Source: an uncultured Methylomonas sp.
Lineage (GTDB): Bacteria > Pseudomonadota > Gammaproteobacteria > Methylococcales > Methylomonadaceae
Length of the DNA: 62,286 nt
NCBI GenBank assembly: GCA_964459125.1
Contig: CAYWLM010000001.1
Coordinates: forward strand, 1 to 62,286
Direction of reading: 5' to 3'
Shown here: piece by piece, positions 14,601-24,875 of the stretch
Position numbering within the stretch: the stretch's first letter is position 1
Layout: each line of letters starts with the position of its first letter
The notes under the pieces: model-generated
What the model was told of the DNA's origin: nothing
What the model saw: the letters and a program-made list of their open reading frames with translations, nothing else
Database searches by the model: none
Program-made: the position numbers and the translations under genes

Positions 14601-16085
14601 ATGCAAGCAATAACATTAATGGTACAGGGTACAACTTCTGACGCGGGAAAAAGTGCTTTGGTAACAGGTCTGTGTCGTTATTATCAGCAGCAAGGGGAAT
14701 TGGTTGCGCCTTTTAAACCACAGAATATGGCCCTAAATAGTGCGGTAACACCTGAGGGCGGGGAAATAGGCAGAGCACAGGCAGTACAGGCACAGGCGTG
14801 TCGCTTAAGCCCACATACTGATATGAACCCTGTCTTACTTAAACCAAATTCGGATAAAACATCTCAGCTGATTTTACAGGGTAAGGCTGTTAAGAATTTA
14901 GGTGCAAAAACTTATCATGCTTACAAAACACAAGTGATGCCGGTAGTGCTGGATTCTTTCCAGCGTTTACGCGGGCAATATCAGCGTATTATTGTAGAGG
15001 GGGCGGGAAGTCCTGCAGAAATAAATTTAAGACAGGGTGATGTAGCCAATATGGGCTTTGCCGAAGCAGTGGATTGTCCGGTTATTTTAGTTGCAGATAT
15101 TGATAGAGGAGGCGTGTTTGCACATTTAGTAGGAACTCTGGAATTATTAAGCGAATCGGAACAGCAGCGCATACTGGGTTTTGTTATCAATCGCTTTCGC
15201 GGCGATATTGAGATATTACAACCAGGCATAGACTGGCTGGAGCAAAGAACAGGTAAACCGGTATTTGGTGTTTTGCCTTATCTGCATGACTTGTATTTAG
15301 AATCTGAAGATAGCGTGGCAGTAGAACAGCCTAAAATGAACACAGACGTATTTAATATTGTTGTGCCTCGATTACCTCGAATGAGTAACCATACGGATTT
15401 TGATGTTTTGCGTTTGAATGCCGCAGTAGATATTCAATTTTGCAGAAATCCAGACTTTGCAAGCAAAGCAGATTTGATTATATTACCGGGTAGTAAGTCT
15501 GTTCGTGATGATCTGGTATGGCTTAGAGAAAATGGTTGGGAGTCAGTAATATTGCGCCACTTACGTTATGGTGGAAAGCTTATTGGATTATGCGGGGGGT
15601 ATCAAATGCTGGGCTCTTTGATTCATGACCCGCAAGGAGTTGAGGGGAAACCAGGATCCAGTTCAGGCCTGGGTTTATTAGATATGCAAACGACTTTAAC
15701 AAATGAAAAGCAATTAAAACAGCTAACGGGTCAGCTTTTAATCTCTGATGCACGTGTAAATGGTTATGAGATTCATGCCGGAATTTCAGTGGGACGAGCT
15801 TTGTTAAACCCAGTGATTAGGCTGGAAAATGGTGAGATGGAAGGCAGTTTGTCACAAGACCAGCAAATTTTAGGAACTTATTTTCATGGCTTGTTTGATA
15901 GTCCTGATGCATATGCTGCATTGTTGCACTGGGCAGGGGCAAAAAAAATACAGCCCATAAATTTTGAGGTTTTGCGTGAGCAGGGTATAGAGCTTATAGC
16001 GGCAACTGTTAAGCAATATATGAATATGCGATTGCTGGAGGAAAAGTGTCAGGCTTATTGTAGCAGGAAAAAAAAGGCTCCATAA
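14601..16085 (+). CDS. cobQ: Cobyric acid synthase CobQ
   Basis: [32 protein letters not shown], GATase [21 protein letters not shown]. Confidence 0.97.
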   Translation: MQAITLMVQGTTSDAGKSALVTGLCRYYQQQGELVAPFKPQNMALNSAVTPEGGEIGRAQAVQAQACRLSPHTDMNPVLLKPNSDKTSQLILQGKAVKNLGAKTYHAYKTQVMPVVLDSFQRLRGQYQRIIVEGAGSPAEINLRQGDVANMGFAEAVDCPVILVADIDRGGVFAHLVGTLELLSESEQQRILGFVINRFRGDIEILQPGIDWLEQRTGKPVFGVLPYLHDLYLESEDSVAVEQPKMNTDVFNIVVPRLPRMSNHTDFDVLRLNAAVDIQFCRNPDFASKADLIILPGSKSVRDDLVWLRENGWESVILRHLRYGGKLIGLCGGYQMLGSLIHDPQGVEGKPGSSSGLGLLDMQTTLTNEKQLKQLTGQLLISDARVNGYEIHAGISVGRALLNPVIRLENGEMEGSLSQDQQILGTYFHGLFDSPDAYAALLHWAGAKKIQPINFEVLREQGIELIAATVKQYMNMRLLEEKCQAYCSRKKKAP

Positions 16086-16097
16086 AGGAGCCCTTTT
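16068..16097. terminator. Probable bidirectional terminator between convergent cobQ and the cold-shock gene
   Basis: A-run-GGCTCC-ATAAA-GGAGCC-CTTTT. Confidence 0.75.
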
Positions 16098-16114
16098 CGT
16101 AACAGCTGTTTGTT

Positions 16115-16318
16115 TTACTGTACACGTACGTTAACCGCAGACAATCCTTTTGCCCCGGTTTCTACGTCATAAGTGACTATTTGATCAGGTTCTAGAGTTT
16201 TAAATCCTTCACCCTGGATAACTGAGTGATGTACAAAAACATCCTCGCCACCATCAGATTGTTCTATAAAACCAAAGCCTTTGGTGTTGTTAAACCACTT
16301 TACTTTACCCGTTGCCAT
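16115..16318 (-). CDS. Cold-shock domain protein (CspA/CspD family)
   Basis: [18 protein letters not shown]...DVFVHHS; 67 aa from ATG 16318. Confidence 0.95.
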   Translation of the reverse strand: MATGKVKWFNNTKGFGFIEQSDGGEDVFVHHSVIQGEGFKTLEPDQIVTYDVETGAKGLSAVNVRVQ

Positions 16319-16641
16319 TGAAAAACTCCTTAAAAAATAAAAATATATGGCGATAACAGAATAACACCTGATAACAAGGAACTTTGTCGCTAGTTCAAAC
16401 ACTGCTTTCTGATAAGCCGCATTCTACCGTTATTTAGTAAAGGATGCTATTAATAGTGTTTAATTTGCTGTCAAATTTAGCATAAACTTCGTATAAGTGA
16501 AGTTAAAGTTTACCCTGTGTAGTGAATAATTCCAGTTTGAGTGGAATATTAGGCAGAGATTATTTTCTTTTCTATCTGCTAAGTTGAGTTGCTATAGACT
16601 TATCATCTAATTGTGCATGTTCAATTAGCGTATTAATCAAT

Positions 16642-18117
16642 TCAAGTTACACTAGGTTGCATAGCGGATACCTCATTAATTTTATTATTGCTGATATACC
16701 AGGGTAATAGGTCTAAATAACTGCGAATATTATCTATATAAATGACAGGTTCTTTACCTTTAGCATAACCATATCTGGATTTAGAGTGCCATTTTTTTAG
16801 TCAAGAGCGGAATACCTTGCTTGACATCTAGCCATTTGTCGGAATTTTTACCTAATTTTTGAGTGATAATCCGAGCATCTTCTAAATGACCAAAACCGAT
16901 ATTATAAAATGCAAGTGCAAGCCAGGTGCGATAGGGCTCTGGAATGCGTTCGGGAATTTTTTCAGGCCTTACTTTTAGGTATAAGGCTTCACCAAAAATA
17001 CTTTCTTTAGGGTTTGTGCGGTCTTTTATACCTACCTGGTCCGCTATTGCCTGGGTGAACATCAGAAGGTCCTTTACTCCAGTGAGATTCCTGATAGCTA
17101 ATTGCCGCTAATAAGCGCCAGTCAAATGTGTATTTGGCAGCAGCGACCTGAAATAATTCCTGATATCTTGGTAGGTGACTTTGAAGATGAAGGCGAAAAG
17201 TACAGTTTCCTAAATATTTAATATTACGAGTATGACCGTAATGCCGTTCAATTAATTGCTCTAATTTTCTATTTTTCTTATTTTTTTAAAGAAAAGCACG
17301 GCTTTATTATACAGACGTAAGTCATCAGATTTATTAAATGCCCATGCAAGTTGGCGGATGGAACCAATATCGAATGCAATATTTAATTTAGGATAAAAGC
17401 GGCGAATTAACGTGATTTGATTAGAATCAGCGATGGTAAAATCAATCAGTCTCTTTCATTAACCAGATACAGCAAGCTATCCGTGTCCAGCGTGTCGTTA
17501 GTCGACCAATGCAGTTGAGGTGTGTCTTGTTGTAAATTTAATAGACTCTCTGCATGGCTGGTGCCTGTTACAATTTCTAGAATTCCATCTACTAAATTAC
17601 TCGGATTAGAGGGGGCGTTTTGTTCCTTTGCGGGAAATAAGCTGTTCGGTGATTTTGTGATAGGCCGGTGCAAATAATAATCGTTGCTTACGTTCGTTAG
17701 TAATGTTGATTCCGGCTGCGGCAAAGTCCGCTACTCCAGCTTGCGTTTGTTGCAATATATCTGAAAAAGTATCGGGAACAATAAATTTACTTTTAACCTG
17801 TAAATGCTCTGCAAATAATTGTACTAAGGAAGGAGGGTTTAATAATACCCGAAAATCCTGCGTCAGACTCGGGCATTATTGAATTCTCGTTCTTAAGTTA
17901 TACTCCAGGCCAGCAAAGCCATTTGCGGTTTCATAGTAGGTCGTTTGGTCGTAGCAGGTTAAGACTGTTAATTCGCCAGCTTTTCTGATTCGTTCAAGTT
18001 GATTTTCATATTTAACAATATTTTCAGGCAGCTGTTGGTTGTTTTTAGTCTGCTGGTCACAAGCACTCGGGAAAGCAAAAGCGAGGCCGAGATAGAATCG
18101 CTGAAAAAAAGTTAACG
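16642..18117 (-). pseudogene. mltF: Membrane-bound lytic murein transglycosylase MltF pseudogene
   Basis: Fragments in shifting frames: LERIRKAGELTV..TYYE..GLEYNL / VQLFAEHL..DFAAAGINIT / GTSHAESL / IDFTIADSN / RTWLALAFYNIGFGHLEDAR / RYGYAKGKEPVIYIDNIRSY; several frameshifts and stops, start codon lost. Confidence 0.9.
17828..17893. mobile_element. 66-bp MITE inserted in mltF
   Basis: 25-bp imperfect terminal inverted repeats (19/25 identical) flanked by a TAA duplication (17825-17827, 17894-17896); removal rejoins GLEYNL-VQLFAE. Confidence 0.85.
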
Positions 18118-19743
18118 CTAGCGTATTTTCTTGTAATAGTTAATTAAGCCATTTGTCGAACCATCATGAGTATTAACTGGCTGGTCATCCTTAAGTTCAG
18201 GCATAATGGCTTGAGCCAATACTTTACCTAGTTCAACGCCCATTTGATCGTAACTATTGATATTCCAGATTTTCCCCTGAACAAATATTTTATGCTCATA
18301 AAAAGCGATCAAAGACCCTAGAAAATGGGGGGAAAGTTTTTTGAACAGAAATGAATTTGTTGGTTTGTCTCCAGAAAAAACTTTTGCTGCAATAAGTAGC
18401 TCACTTGCGCCATCACCCAGGTCAGTTCTAACTTCTGCATCTGTTTTTCCTCTCATCAGTGCTTCAGTTTGAGCGAGGAAGTTAGAAATTAGAATATCAT
18501 GAGACTCGGTCCTTTCTCCATGGCTTTGCGCGGGGGCTAAAAAATCACAAGGAATGACCTTGGTACCCTGATGAATAAGCTGGTAAAAAGCATGCTGTCC
18601 ATTTGTTCCTGTCTGTCCCCAAATAATAGGGCCAGTGCTGTAATCGACCGGTTGACCCTTCATGTCAACACTTTTGCCATTACTCTCCATATCACCTTGC
18701 TGAAAATAGGCAGCAAAATACTCGAGATTATGGTCATACGGTAGCAAAGCATGGGAATCTGAATAATAAAAGTTATTGTGCCAGATTCCTAATAAGGCCA
18801 TGATCACTGGAATGTTTTTTTCAAAAGGTGTGTTACGAAAGTGTTTGTCTGCTTCGTGAGCGCCTTCTAATAGTTTCTCAAAATTATCCATGCCAAGATA
18901 TAACGCAATAGATAAGCCAATTGAAGACCAGAGTGAATAACGACCACCGACCCAGTCCCAAAATTCAAACATATTTTTTGGGTCTATGCCAAAGTCAGTT
19001 ACATTTTTTACATGGGTAGATAAGGCAACAAAATGTTTTGCTATCGCAGTTCTATCTTTAGCGTGTTCCATTAGCCAATCGCGGGCGGCTTTGGAATTAA
19101 CCATGGTTTCCTGAGTGCTAAAAGTTTTTGAAGCGACTAAAAACAAGGTGGTTTCAGGGCAAACTTTATTCAGCGTTTCAAGTAAATCAGCGCGATCTAT
19201 ATTGGAGACATAATGCACTGACATGCCTTCTACTGCATAAGGAGTGAGCGCTTTAGAAACCATTTTTGGTCCTAGATCAGAGCCACCGATGCCGATATTT
19301 ACAATATCTGTAATTGCTTTGCCTGTATATCCTTTCCATTTACCAGAATGAACGGCAGCACAAAAATCACGCATTTTTTGCAAGGCCTGATTAACTTCAG
19401 GCATTACGTCTACGCCATCCACATAAACAGGTTGATTGCTCCGATTACGCAGAGCAGTATGTAAAACGGCTCTATTTTCTGTTTTATTAATGCGTTTACC
19501 GGTAAACATATCTTCAATATGTACATCCAGATGTTGTGCTTTTGCTAAATTTAATAATAGTGTCAGAGTTTCGTCTGTAATTCTGTTTTTTGAGTAATCA
19601 AATAACAAATCTTCAAATTTTAAAGAATAATTATCAAAACGCTTAGGGTCAGCATCGAACAAGTCTCTGATATGCAGTTTATCAATGATTTTTTGATGTT
19701 CTTTTAAAGCTAACCATTCAGGTAACTTAATTAAATTAGACAT
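18118..19743 (-). CDS. pgi: Glucose-6-phosphate isomerase
   Basis: [53 protein letters not shown]. Confidence 0.99.
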   Translation of the reverse strand: MSNLIKLPEWLALKEHQKIIDKLHIRDLFDADPKRFDNYSLKFEDLLFDYSKNRITDETLTLLLNLAKAQHLDVHIEDMFTGKRINKTENRAVLHTALRNRSNQPVYVDGVDVMPEVNQALQKMRDFCAAVHSGKWKGYTGKAITDIVNIGIGGSDLGPKMVSKALTPYAVEGMSVHYVSNIDRADLLETLNKVCPETTLFLVASKTFSTQETMVNSKAARDWLMEHAKDRTAIAKHFVALSTHVKNVTDFGIDPKNMFEFWDWVGGRYSLWSSIGLSIALYLGMDNFEKLLEGAHEADKHFRNTPFEKNIPVIMALLGIWHNNFYYSDSHALLPYDHNLEYFAAYFQQGDMESNGKSVDMKGQPVDYSTGPIIWGQTGTNGQHAFYQLIHQGTKVIPCDFLAPAQSHGERTESHDILISNFLAQTEALMRGKTDAEVRTDLGDGASELLIAAKVFSGDKPTNSFLFKKLSPHFLGSLIAFYEHKIFVQGKIWNINSYDQMGVELGKVLAQAIMPELKDDQPVNTHDGSTNGLINYYKKIR

Positions 19744-20001
19744 TTTTTAGAGCCTTGGTGAGCAGGAAATTAAAGTGAGGATGCTTAACTTTGCAAAATT
19801 TTACGTAAATAGAGACGCGATAGCAATAGCAATATTAGAAACTTATGATATAATTAAGCCGTATTATTGGCTCGATATAGAGTTATTCTTTCTTTGTCGA
19901 ATTCTATATGATAAAGTTTATGGTTGTTTTTGTAGTTTCGTTGAGTCAATAACGAGAGAAAAACATTTTAGAATTATAATAAATATTAAGAGGAAGAATT
20001 T

Positions 20002-20592
20002 ATGACAAACAGTATTATGAGAAAGAATTTTATAGCTCTGTTAGGCATGCTATTTTCTGCAACGCTTTGGGCGCACGGTGGAGCAGCAGGTACTGATACC
20101 GATCAGTGTAAATTTGAGTTAGAGCCAGAGCACTGGATCCATTATACGGCGTATCAACCTCTTGCTTATCCTGCGGAAGATTTTTGTGGAAATATTCCAG
20201 ATACCGGTACTTTGACGCAATTAGTTTTTGATTATCAGGATGTTAGATACCGCAATAGAGCCGTAGAATTTGAAGTAACCAAAGAGCCCGAAGGTACTCG
20301 TGTATTTTTTCAAGAGGCAAAAAAACATAAATCAGGTACTGTTGTTTTGACATTACCTAATGGTGTTTCTGAACCAGGTAAGTATTTGATTCATATTACT
20401 CTTGTAGGAGCTGATGGTCAGAACTTAGATGCACATATGAGTTTTGTCGCGGGTAAAGGTATGTCGACGAGTTCTACTAGCTTATTTATGTATTTCTTAT
20501 TTGGACTAGCTGGTTTATATGTTTTATATCTATCTCACGCAGGTTTTAAAAGCAAAGTAGATAACATTTTGGGTAAAGCTAAAGACGAATAA
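20002..20592 (+). CDS. PmoD/AmoD(AmoE)-like periplasmic copper protein with a C-terminal membrane anchor
   Basis: Signal peptide then HGG...D-x-C...HYTAYQP...EDFCGNIP..G...VFDY, recalled as the PmoD/AmoD pattern; C-terminal TM helix. Confidence 0.72.
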   Translation: MTNSIMRKNFIALLGMLFSATLWAHGGAAGTDTDQCKFELEPEHWIHYTAYQPLAYPAEDFCGNIPDTGTLTQLVFDYQDVRYRNRAVEFEVTKEPEGTRVFFQEAKKHKSGTVVLTLPNGVSEPGKYLIHITLVGADGQNLDAHMSFVAGKGMSTSSTSLFMYFLFGLAGLYVLYLSHAGFKSKVDNILGKAKDE

Positions 20593-20610
20593 GTTAATTT
20601 CAATTTAAGA

Positions 20611-22347
20611 GTGTTAATAATGCAGAATAATCCTTTAGGAATGCTATTGGGTGCTGCTGTCATGCTGATGCCGTTTGCGGCATCAGCTGTGGTAGACTTG
20701 CCTAAAACAGTTGAAGTAGACCGTGGCAAAGTGGAAGCGGCTTGTAATGAAAATAACCCGGATTGGCGTAAGGCACAAACGATTGAGGGTGTAAGTATTC
20801 AGGAGTCACTTCGATGTAGCCCTGACAACCCATATACTATTGCAGCAGAAGTAAAAGGAACGAATAATTTATCAATGGAAGCATTGATGAATACTCATTT
20901 TGCAATGGATGGCATTATTAAAAAGAATGATATGGATGGCGATGGCGATCCTGATTTAATTATCATTAAACTTGAAGTAGCAGAATTAAATGGACATTCA
21001 CCTGATTTTGCTGGTGTTGTACCAACTTTTGATATAGCACCGGGCATACAGCCAGGTATGTGGGTATTCGCACCTAAGTCACGAGGCATGGCGACTAGCA
21101 GTTTTGTGGGCACTGACGCAAATCCATTATTAAGAGCTCCTTCACCCGTTATTCGCGTGGAGCAGGGTGATATTATCTGGATACAATTAGAAAATACGCA
21201 TTATTTCCCGCATACCATTCATTTACATGGTGTTGATCACCCTTGGGTAGACAGTACAGGTGAAGGCAATGATGGGGTCCCCCAGACTAGTGATAAATTT
21301 GTTTTACCGGGACAAAGTAAAACCTATGAAATTCGTCCACGTACACCTGGAACCTTTGCTTATCACTGTCACGTACAGACACATGTGCATTTAGCTATGG
21401 GGTTAGTGGGCATGTTTATTGTGGAAGAAAATCGTCCTAATAACTGGGTGCAAACTTTCAATGTGGGTGGCGGACAAGTCAGACATCCGTCGAAGGCAAT
21501 TTTAGAAGACTATGATAGTGAATATGACTTACATTATCATGCTATGGATAAAGAGTTGCATAGTATTATTCAGGACTACAATGATCCTCGCTTGATTGCC
21601 AGGAAAATGAATCGTGAATATGATTTAACTGATTCAACTGAAGATTATCACACGCTGAATGGACGCTCATTTCCATATACTTTGCGAGAGTCGATTATTG
21701 TTGCCGAGCCTGATAAGAATATTAAATTACGTGTTTTTAATAGTTCAGGTGAGACCTTGGCTATGCATACGCATGGACATAAAGCGACGATTACACATTA
21801 TGACGGGATTGAGCATAATCCAGTAGCTCAAATTACTCGTGATGTTTATGATATAGCCCCCGCCCAGCGTAATGATTTAAAAATCAATACCACAGATGAT
21901 GGCTTTCATAGTTATGGCGAAGGTGTGTGGATTTTTCATGATCATCGTGAAAAAGGCATTACAACTGATGGTATGAACCCCGGTGGTAATGTGAGTGCTG
22001 TGGTTTATAAAAAATACTTGAATGAAGTAGGTTTACCAAAAACTATTGGTGAAAGTATTGAGCCTTTGTTTACCGAAGCTTTTCATGCGCGTAAAGTACC
22101 TGTCTGGCAAAATATTGATGACTGGAATAGTCTAGGTGAAGTAGATGCAGAAGGTTATGTTGCTCCACCTCCTAGTGTGATTGCAGCAGCCGATGTCACT
22201 CAAGGTTTTGCGGATATCGAACCTCCTGTGAATAATTCATTCAGGAACCTTGTGTTCGGTCTGTTTTTAGGGTTATTGGCATATTTGCTAATTATCAACA
22301 GAGCTAAAATCATGGCTCTGATATCTGCAATAAAAGGAGGTAGCTGA
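20611..22347 (+). CDS. Two-domain multicopper oxidase (type-1 Cu site in domain 1 only) with a C-terminal TM anchor
   Basis: PHTIHLHG and YHCHVQTHVHLAMGL in domain 1; MHTHGH and WIFHDH (Cys replaced by Asp) in domain 2; signal peptide; DMDGDGDPD loop; start may be ATG 20620. Confidence 0.88.
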   Translation: MLIMQNNPLGMLLGAAVMLMPFAASAVVDLPKTVEVDRGKVEAACNENNPDWRKAQTIEGVSIQESLRCSPDNPYTIAAEVKGTNNLSMEALMNTHFAMDGIIKKNDMDGDGDPDLIIIKLEVAELNGHSPDFAGVVPTFDIAPGIQPGMWVFAPKSRGMATSSFVGTDANPLLRAPSPVIRVEQGDIIWIQLENTHYFPHTIHLHGVDHPWVDSTGEGNDGVPQTSDKFVLPGQSKTYEIRPRTPGTFAYHCHVQTHVHLAMGLVGMFIVEENRPNNWVQTFNVGGGQVRHPSKAILEDYDSEYDLHYHAMDKELHSIIQDYNDPRLIARKMNREYDLTDSTEDYHTLNGRSFPYTLRESIIVAEPDKNIKLRVFNSSGETLAMHTHGHKATITHYDGIEHNPVAQITRDVYDIAPAQRNDLKINTTDDGFHSYGEGVWIFHDHREKGITTDGMNPGGNVSAVVYKKYLNEVGLPKTIGESIEPLFTEAFHARKVPVWQNIDDWNSLGEVDAEGYVAPPPSVIAAADVTQGFADIEPPVNNSFRNLVFGLFLGLLAYLLIINRAKIMALISAIKGGS

Positions 22348-22349
22348 TA

Positions 22350-23198
22350 ATGATTAAGCATTTATCAATTGTAGCGATAGCATTGGCATTCTCCGCTCCT
22401 GTTTTTGCTGAAAAAGAGTTTGAAAATCATAATAATATGATGGATCATGGTGATGGCCATTTAATGGATATGACCGGAGGTATGGTCATGGGGCAAAATA
22501 AGGATATTTTGCCTGGTGGCTGTGATCGTATCGCGGCAACAAAAGAGATAACGGTTCATGCAGGGCATAAATATGCGGAGAAATTTCCTGGGCGTATGTT
22601 TGCCTTTGATGTACAGGAATATCAATTTGAGCCCTGTACGAAATTAACGGTTAATTTTGTTAATGATGACGATGTGCGGCACCAATGGATGATGCATGGA
22701 CTACCTAAATACCTTTATCCTAAAGGCATGTTTCATCTGGAGGTAACAGGACCAGGTAAAATATCCGGAACTTTAATTTTTCCACCCGGCGATAAAACCT
22801 ATCTTGTGCATTGCGATATTGCGCAGCATATGGAGAAAGGTATGAAAGGGCAGTTAAAAATTGGTAAAGGCGATGGTGATTTACCCAGTATTCCCGGGGT
22901 AACAGCCTATGTAATTCAGGATGATTATTCGGACAGCATTCCTGATGAATCAATAACTGATACGGTTGTTGAAGAAATTAGCAAAATGAAAAAGAAAGTC
23001 ACAGGAAATGATTCTTTCTTTTCAGGACTTACTGTTATTGGTTTAGCTATAGGTCTGATAATTGCTCCTTTGCTGGCTCGTAAATTTAAAGATATGACGG
23101 CTGGTGAGGTTATCACTTATATCTTGGATTTAGTAAAACAAGCTATGAATATCGTCGTTAAACTGGTTAGCTGGTTAATTAGTCTAGTGAAAAAATAG
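22350..23198 (+). CDS. Cupredoxin (type-1 Cu) with a His/Met-rich N-terminus and a C-terminal TM anchor
   Basis: RHQW...HCDIAQHMEKGM (C-x4-H-x4-M); HNNMMDHGDGHLMDM; signal peptide. Confidence 0.85.
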   Translation: MIKHLSIVAIALAFSAPVFAEKEFENHNNMMDHGDGHLMDMTGGMVMGQNKDILPGGCDRIAATKEITVHAGHKYAEKFPGRMFAFDVQEYQFEPCTKLTVNFVNDDDVRHQWMMHGLPKYLYPKGMFHLEVTGPGKISGTLIFPPGDKTYLVHCDIAQHMEKGMKGQLKIGKGDGDLPSIPGVTAYVIQDDYSDSIPDESITDTVVEEISKMKKKVTGNDSFFSGLTVIGLAIGLIIAPLLARKFKDMTAGEVITYILDLVKQAMNIVVKLVSWLISLVKK

Positions 23199-23227
23199 CT
23201 CTGCAAGTATATTAATATACTTGTTTT

Positions 23228-23262
23228 AAAGCCCCTGATGATTCGTCATTAGGGGCTTTTTT
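23228..23262 (+). terminator. Intrinsic terminator closing the copper operon
   Basis: AAAGCCCCTGATGA-TTCG-TCATTAGGGGCTTT followed by T residues. Confidence 0.9.
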
Positions 23263-23288
23263 ATGACTAAAATAAAGAGAGGGCTGTT

Positions 23289-23702
23289 GTGTTAGAGATA
23301 TGGGGTCTTTTTGTAAGTGCCTTTATTTCATCAACCATCGCTCCGGGTGCTTCCGAAGCTGTATTGGCTTATCAGGTAGCTGAACAGCTTCAGCCAGTTT
23401 TGATACTGGTTGCTGTTGCAACTTTAGGCAATACTCTAGGTGCTTTAACAACCTGGTGGTTAGGTAGCTTAACGGCAAAAAAATTCCCGGCTGAACATCT
23501 TTTAGATAAGCACAGGCAAAAAGCATTGCGCTGGGTTCAGCACTGGGGGTATTGGAGTTTACTATTTTCATGGTTACCCGTGGTTGGTGATGGCTTGTGT
23601 TTTGCTGGGGGATGGTTAAAGCTACCCTTGTTTATATCCACTGTCATGATTTGCATTGGTAAATTATTTCGTTATCTATTTGTCGCCTACTGGTTTGTAT
23701 AA
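23289..23702 (+). CDS. YqaA/DedA-family membrane protein
   Basis: SAFISSTIAPGASE, GNTLG, LLFSWLPVVGD, GKLFRY. Confidence 0.88.
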   Translation: MLEIWGLFVSAFISSTIAPGASEAVLAYQVAEQLQPVLILVAVATLGNTLGALTTWWLGSLTAKKFPAEHLLDKHRQKALRWVQHWGYWSLLFSWLPVVGDGLCFAGGWLKLPLFISTVMICIGKLFRYLFVAYWFV

Positions 23703-23906
23703 GTTAAGTGGCTCGTGCTGTGATAAAATATTGCAAATTCAATGCGTTCAGAAGCTCTAAAAGACACAAGTGAGGCGCGGATTTAGCTAGATATTATCAG
23801 GTTTTTCGGGAAGTATCGGTTGCAGCAACACCCTGCAGGTATGTGTTATTTATAGATTAAGGTAAAAGATAACGAATGATTTTAGTTCATCAGGAGTTTT
23901 AATAAA

Positions 23907-24683
23907 ATGTTGCGTTATTTTCCAAAAGCAGGCGTAGCATACCCAGACCATAAGCGTGATTACATAATTGCTGCTTTTACCTTTGTCGTTACCGGTATTT
24001 GTCTGACGATTGATGGCAGTGGTAGTCGAGAAATGCAATGGTTATTAGCGTTTTGTGGCTATGCGTTTTTAATGGTTCTTTTGTCGGGAGAGTCTACATT
24101 GTTGCGTATGCAAGTAGTGGTTGCCTTGTTATTTGCAACAGCAGGTGAAATTTTTGCCTCTCCTTATATGGAAGGATATTTATATCGCTTTGGTAGCGTT
24201 CCTCCCTACGTGCCTGCCGGTCATGGCATGGTGTATTTAACCGCTGTAGTTCTGGGGCGTTCAGGTTTCTTTTTACGCCATGCGCGTAGTATAGCCCTAT
24301 TTACCGTTGTAGTTTGCGGACTTTGGTCGGCCTGGGGACTGAGCCCTTATGCACAACGTAGTGATCAAATTGGTGCAGTGCTGTTTTGTGTTTATTTGAT
24401 TTACCTGTTTAAAGGTAAATCGCCTATGGTTTACCTCGGTGCCTTTTTTATCACTACCTGGCTGGAACTCGTTGGTACAACTGCGGGAACCTGGGCATGG
24501 GTAGCTATCGATCCAGCCTCTGGATTAACGCAAGGCAATCCTCCAAGTGGGGTAGCTGCGTGGTATTGTCTAGTTGATGCGGTTGCGATGGCTGGAGCAG
24601 CGCCCGCATTACATCTACTACAAAAAATGAGTAATGGCATGGTTCAATTTAAACAGTTGGCTAGGATAAGAAGTGACAAGTAA
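23907..24683 (+). CDS. ths: Integral membrane protein, probable tetrahymanol synthase (Ths)
   Basis: RMQVV..FATAGE.FASPYM.GY.YRF..VP.YVP.GHGMVYLTA and FFITTWLEL.GT..GTW..QGNPPSGVAAWYC resemble Methylococcales Ths as I recall it; shc lies nearby; needs a homology search. Confidence 0.6.
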   Translation: MLRYFPKAGVAYPDHKRDYIIAAFTFVVTGICLTIDGSGSREMQWLLAFCGYAFLMVLLSGESTLLRMQVVVALLFATAGEIFASPYMEGYLYRFGSVPPYVPAGHGMVYLTAVVLGRSGFFLRHARSIALFTVVVCGLWSAWGLSPYAQRSDQIGAVLFCVYLIYLFKGKSPMVYLGAFFITTWLELVGTTAGTWAWVAIDPASGLTQGNPPSGVAAWYCLVDAVAMAGAAPALHLLQKMSNGMVQFKQLARIRSDK

Positions 24684-24875
24684 GTAAAATAGTGTCTGGA
24701 TTAGATTTTTTATTATGAAGTATTAAAAAAACTATTCGACAAAATAGCACATGTGTAGGTTTAGCGCTCTAATAGTACCTTTAGCCTGCATAACAGTCGG
24801 AATATAGGCTTAAAGTCTACTTTCTACAATATGGGCTAGTAGGCATATCAGTCTTATCAAAGAGTAAAAATAAAG

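Noticed and set aside
19775..20005. 76-aa ORF upstream of the copper operon
   Set aside because: AT-rich divergent promoter region, GTG start, no recognisable motif
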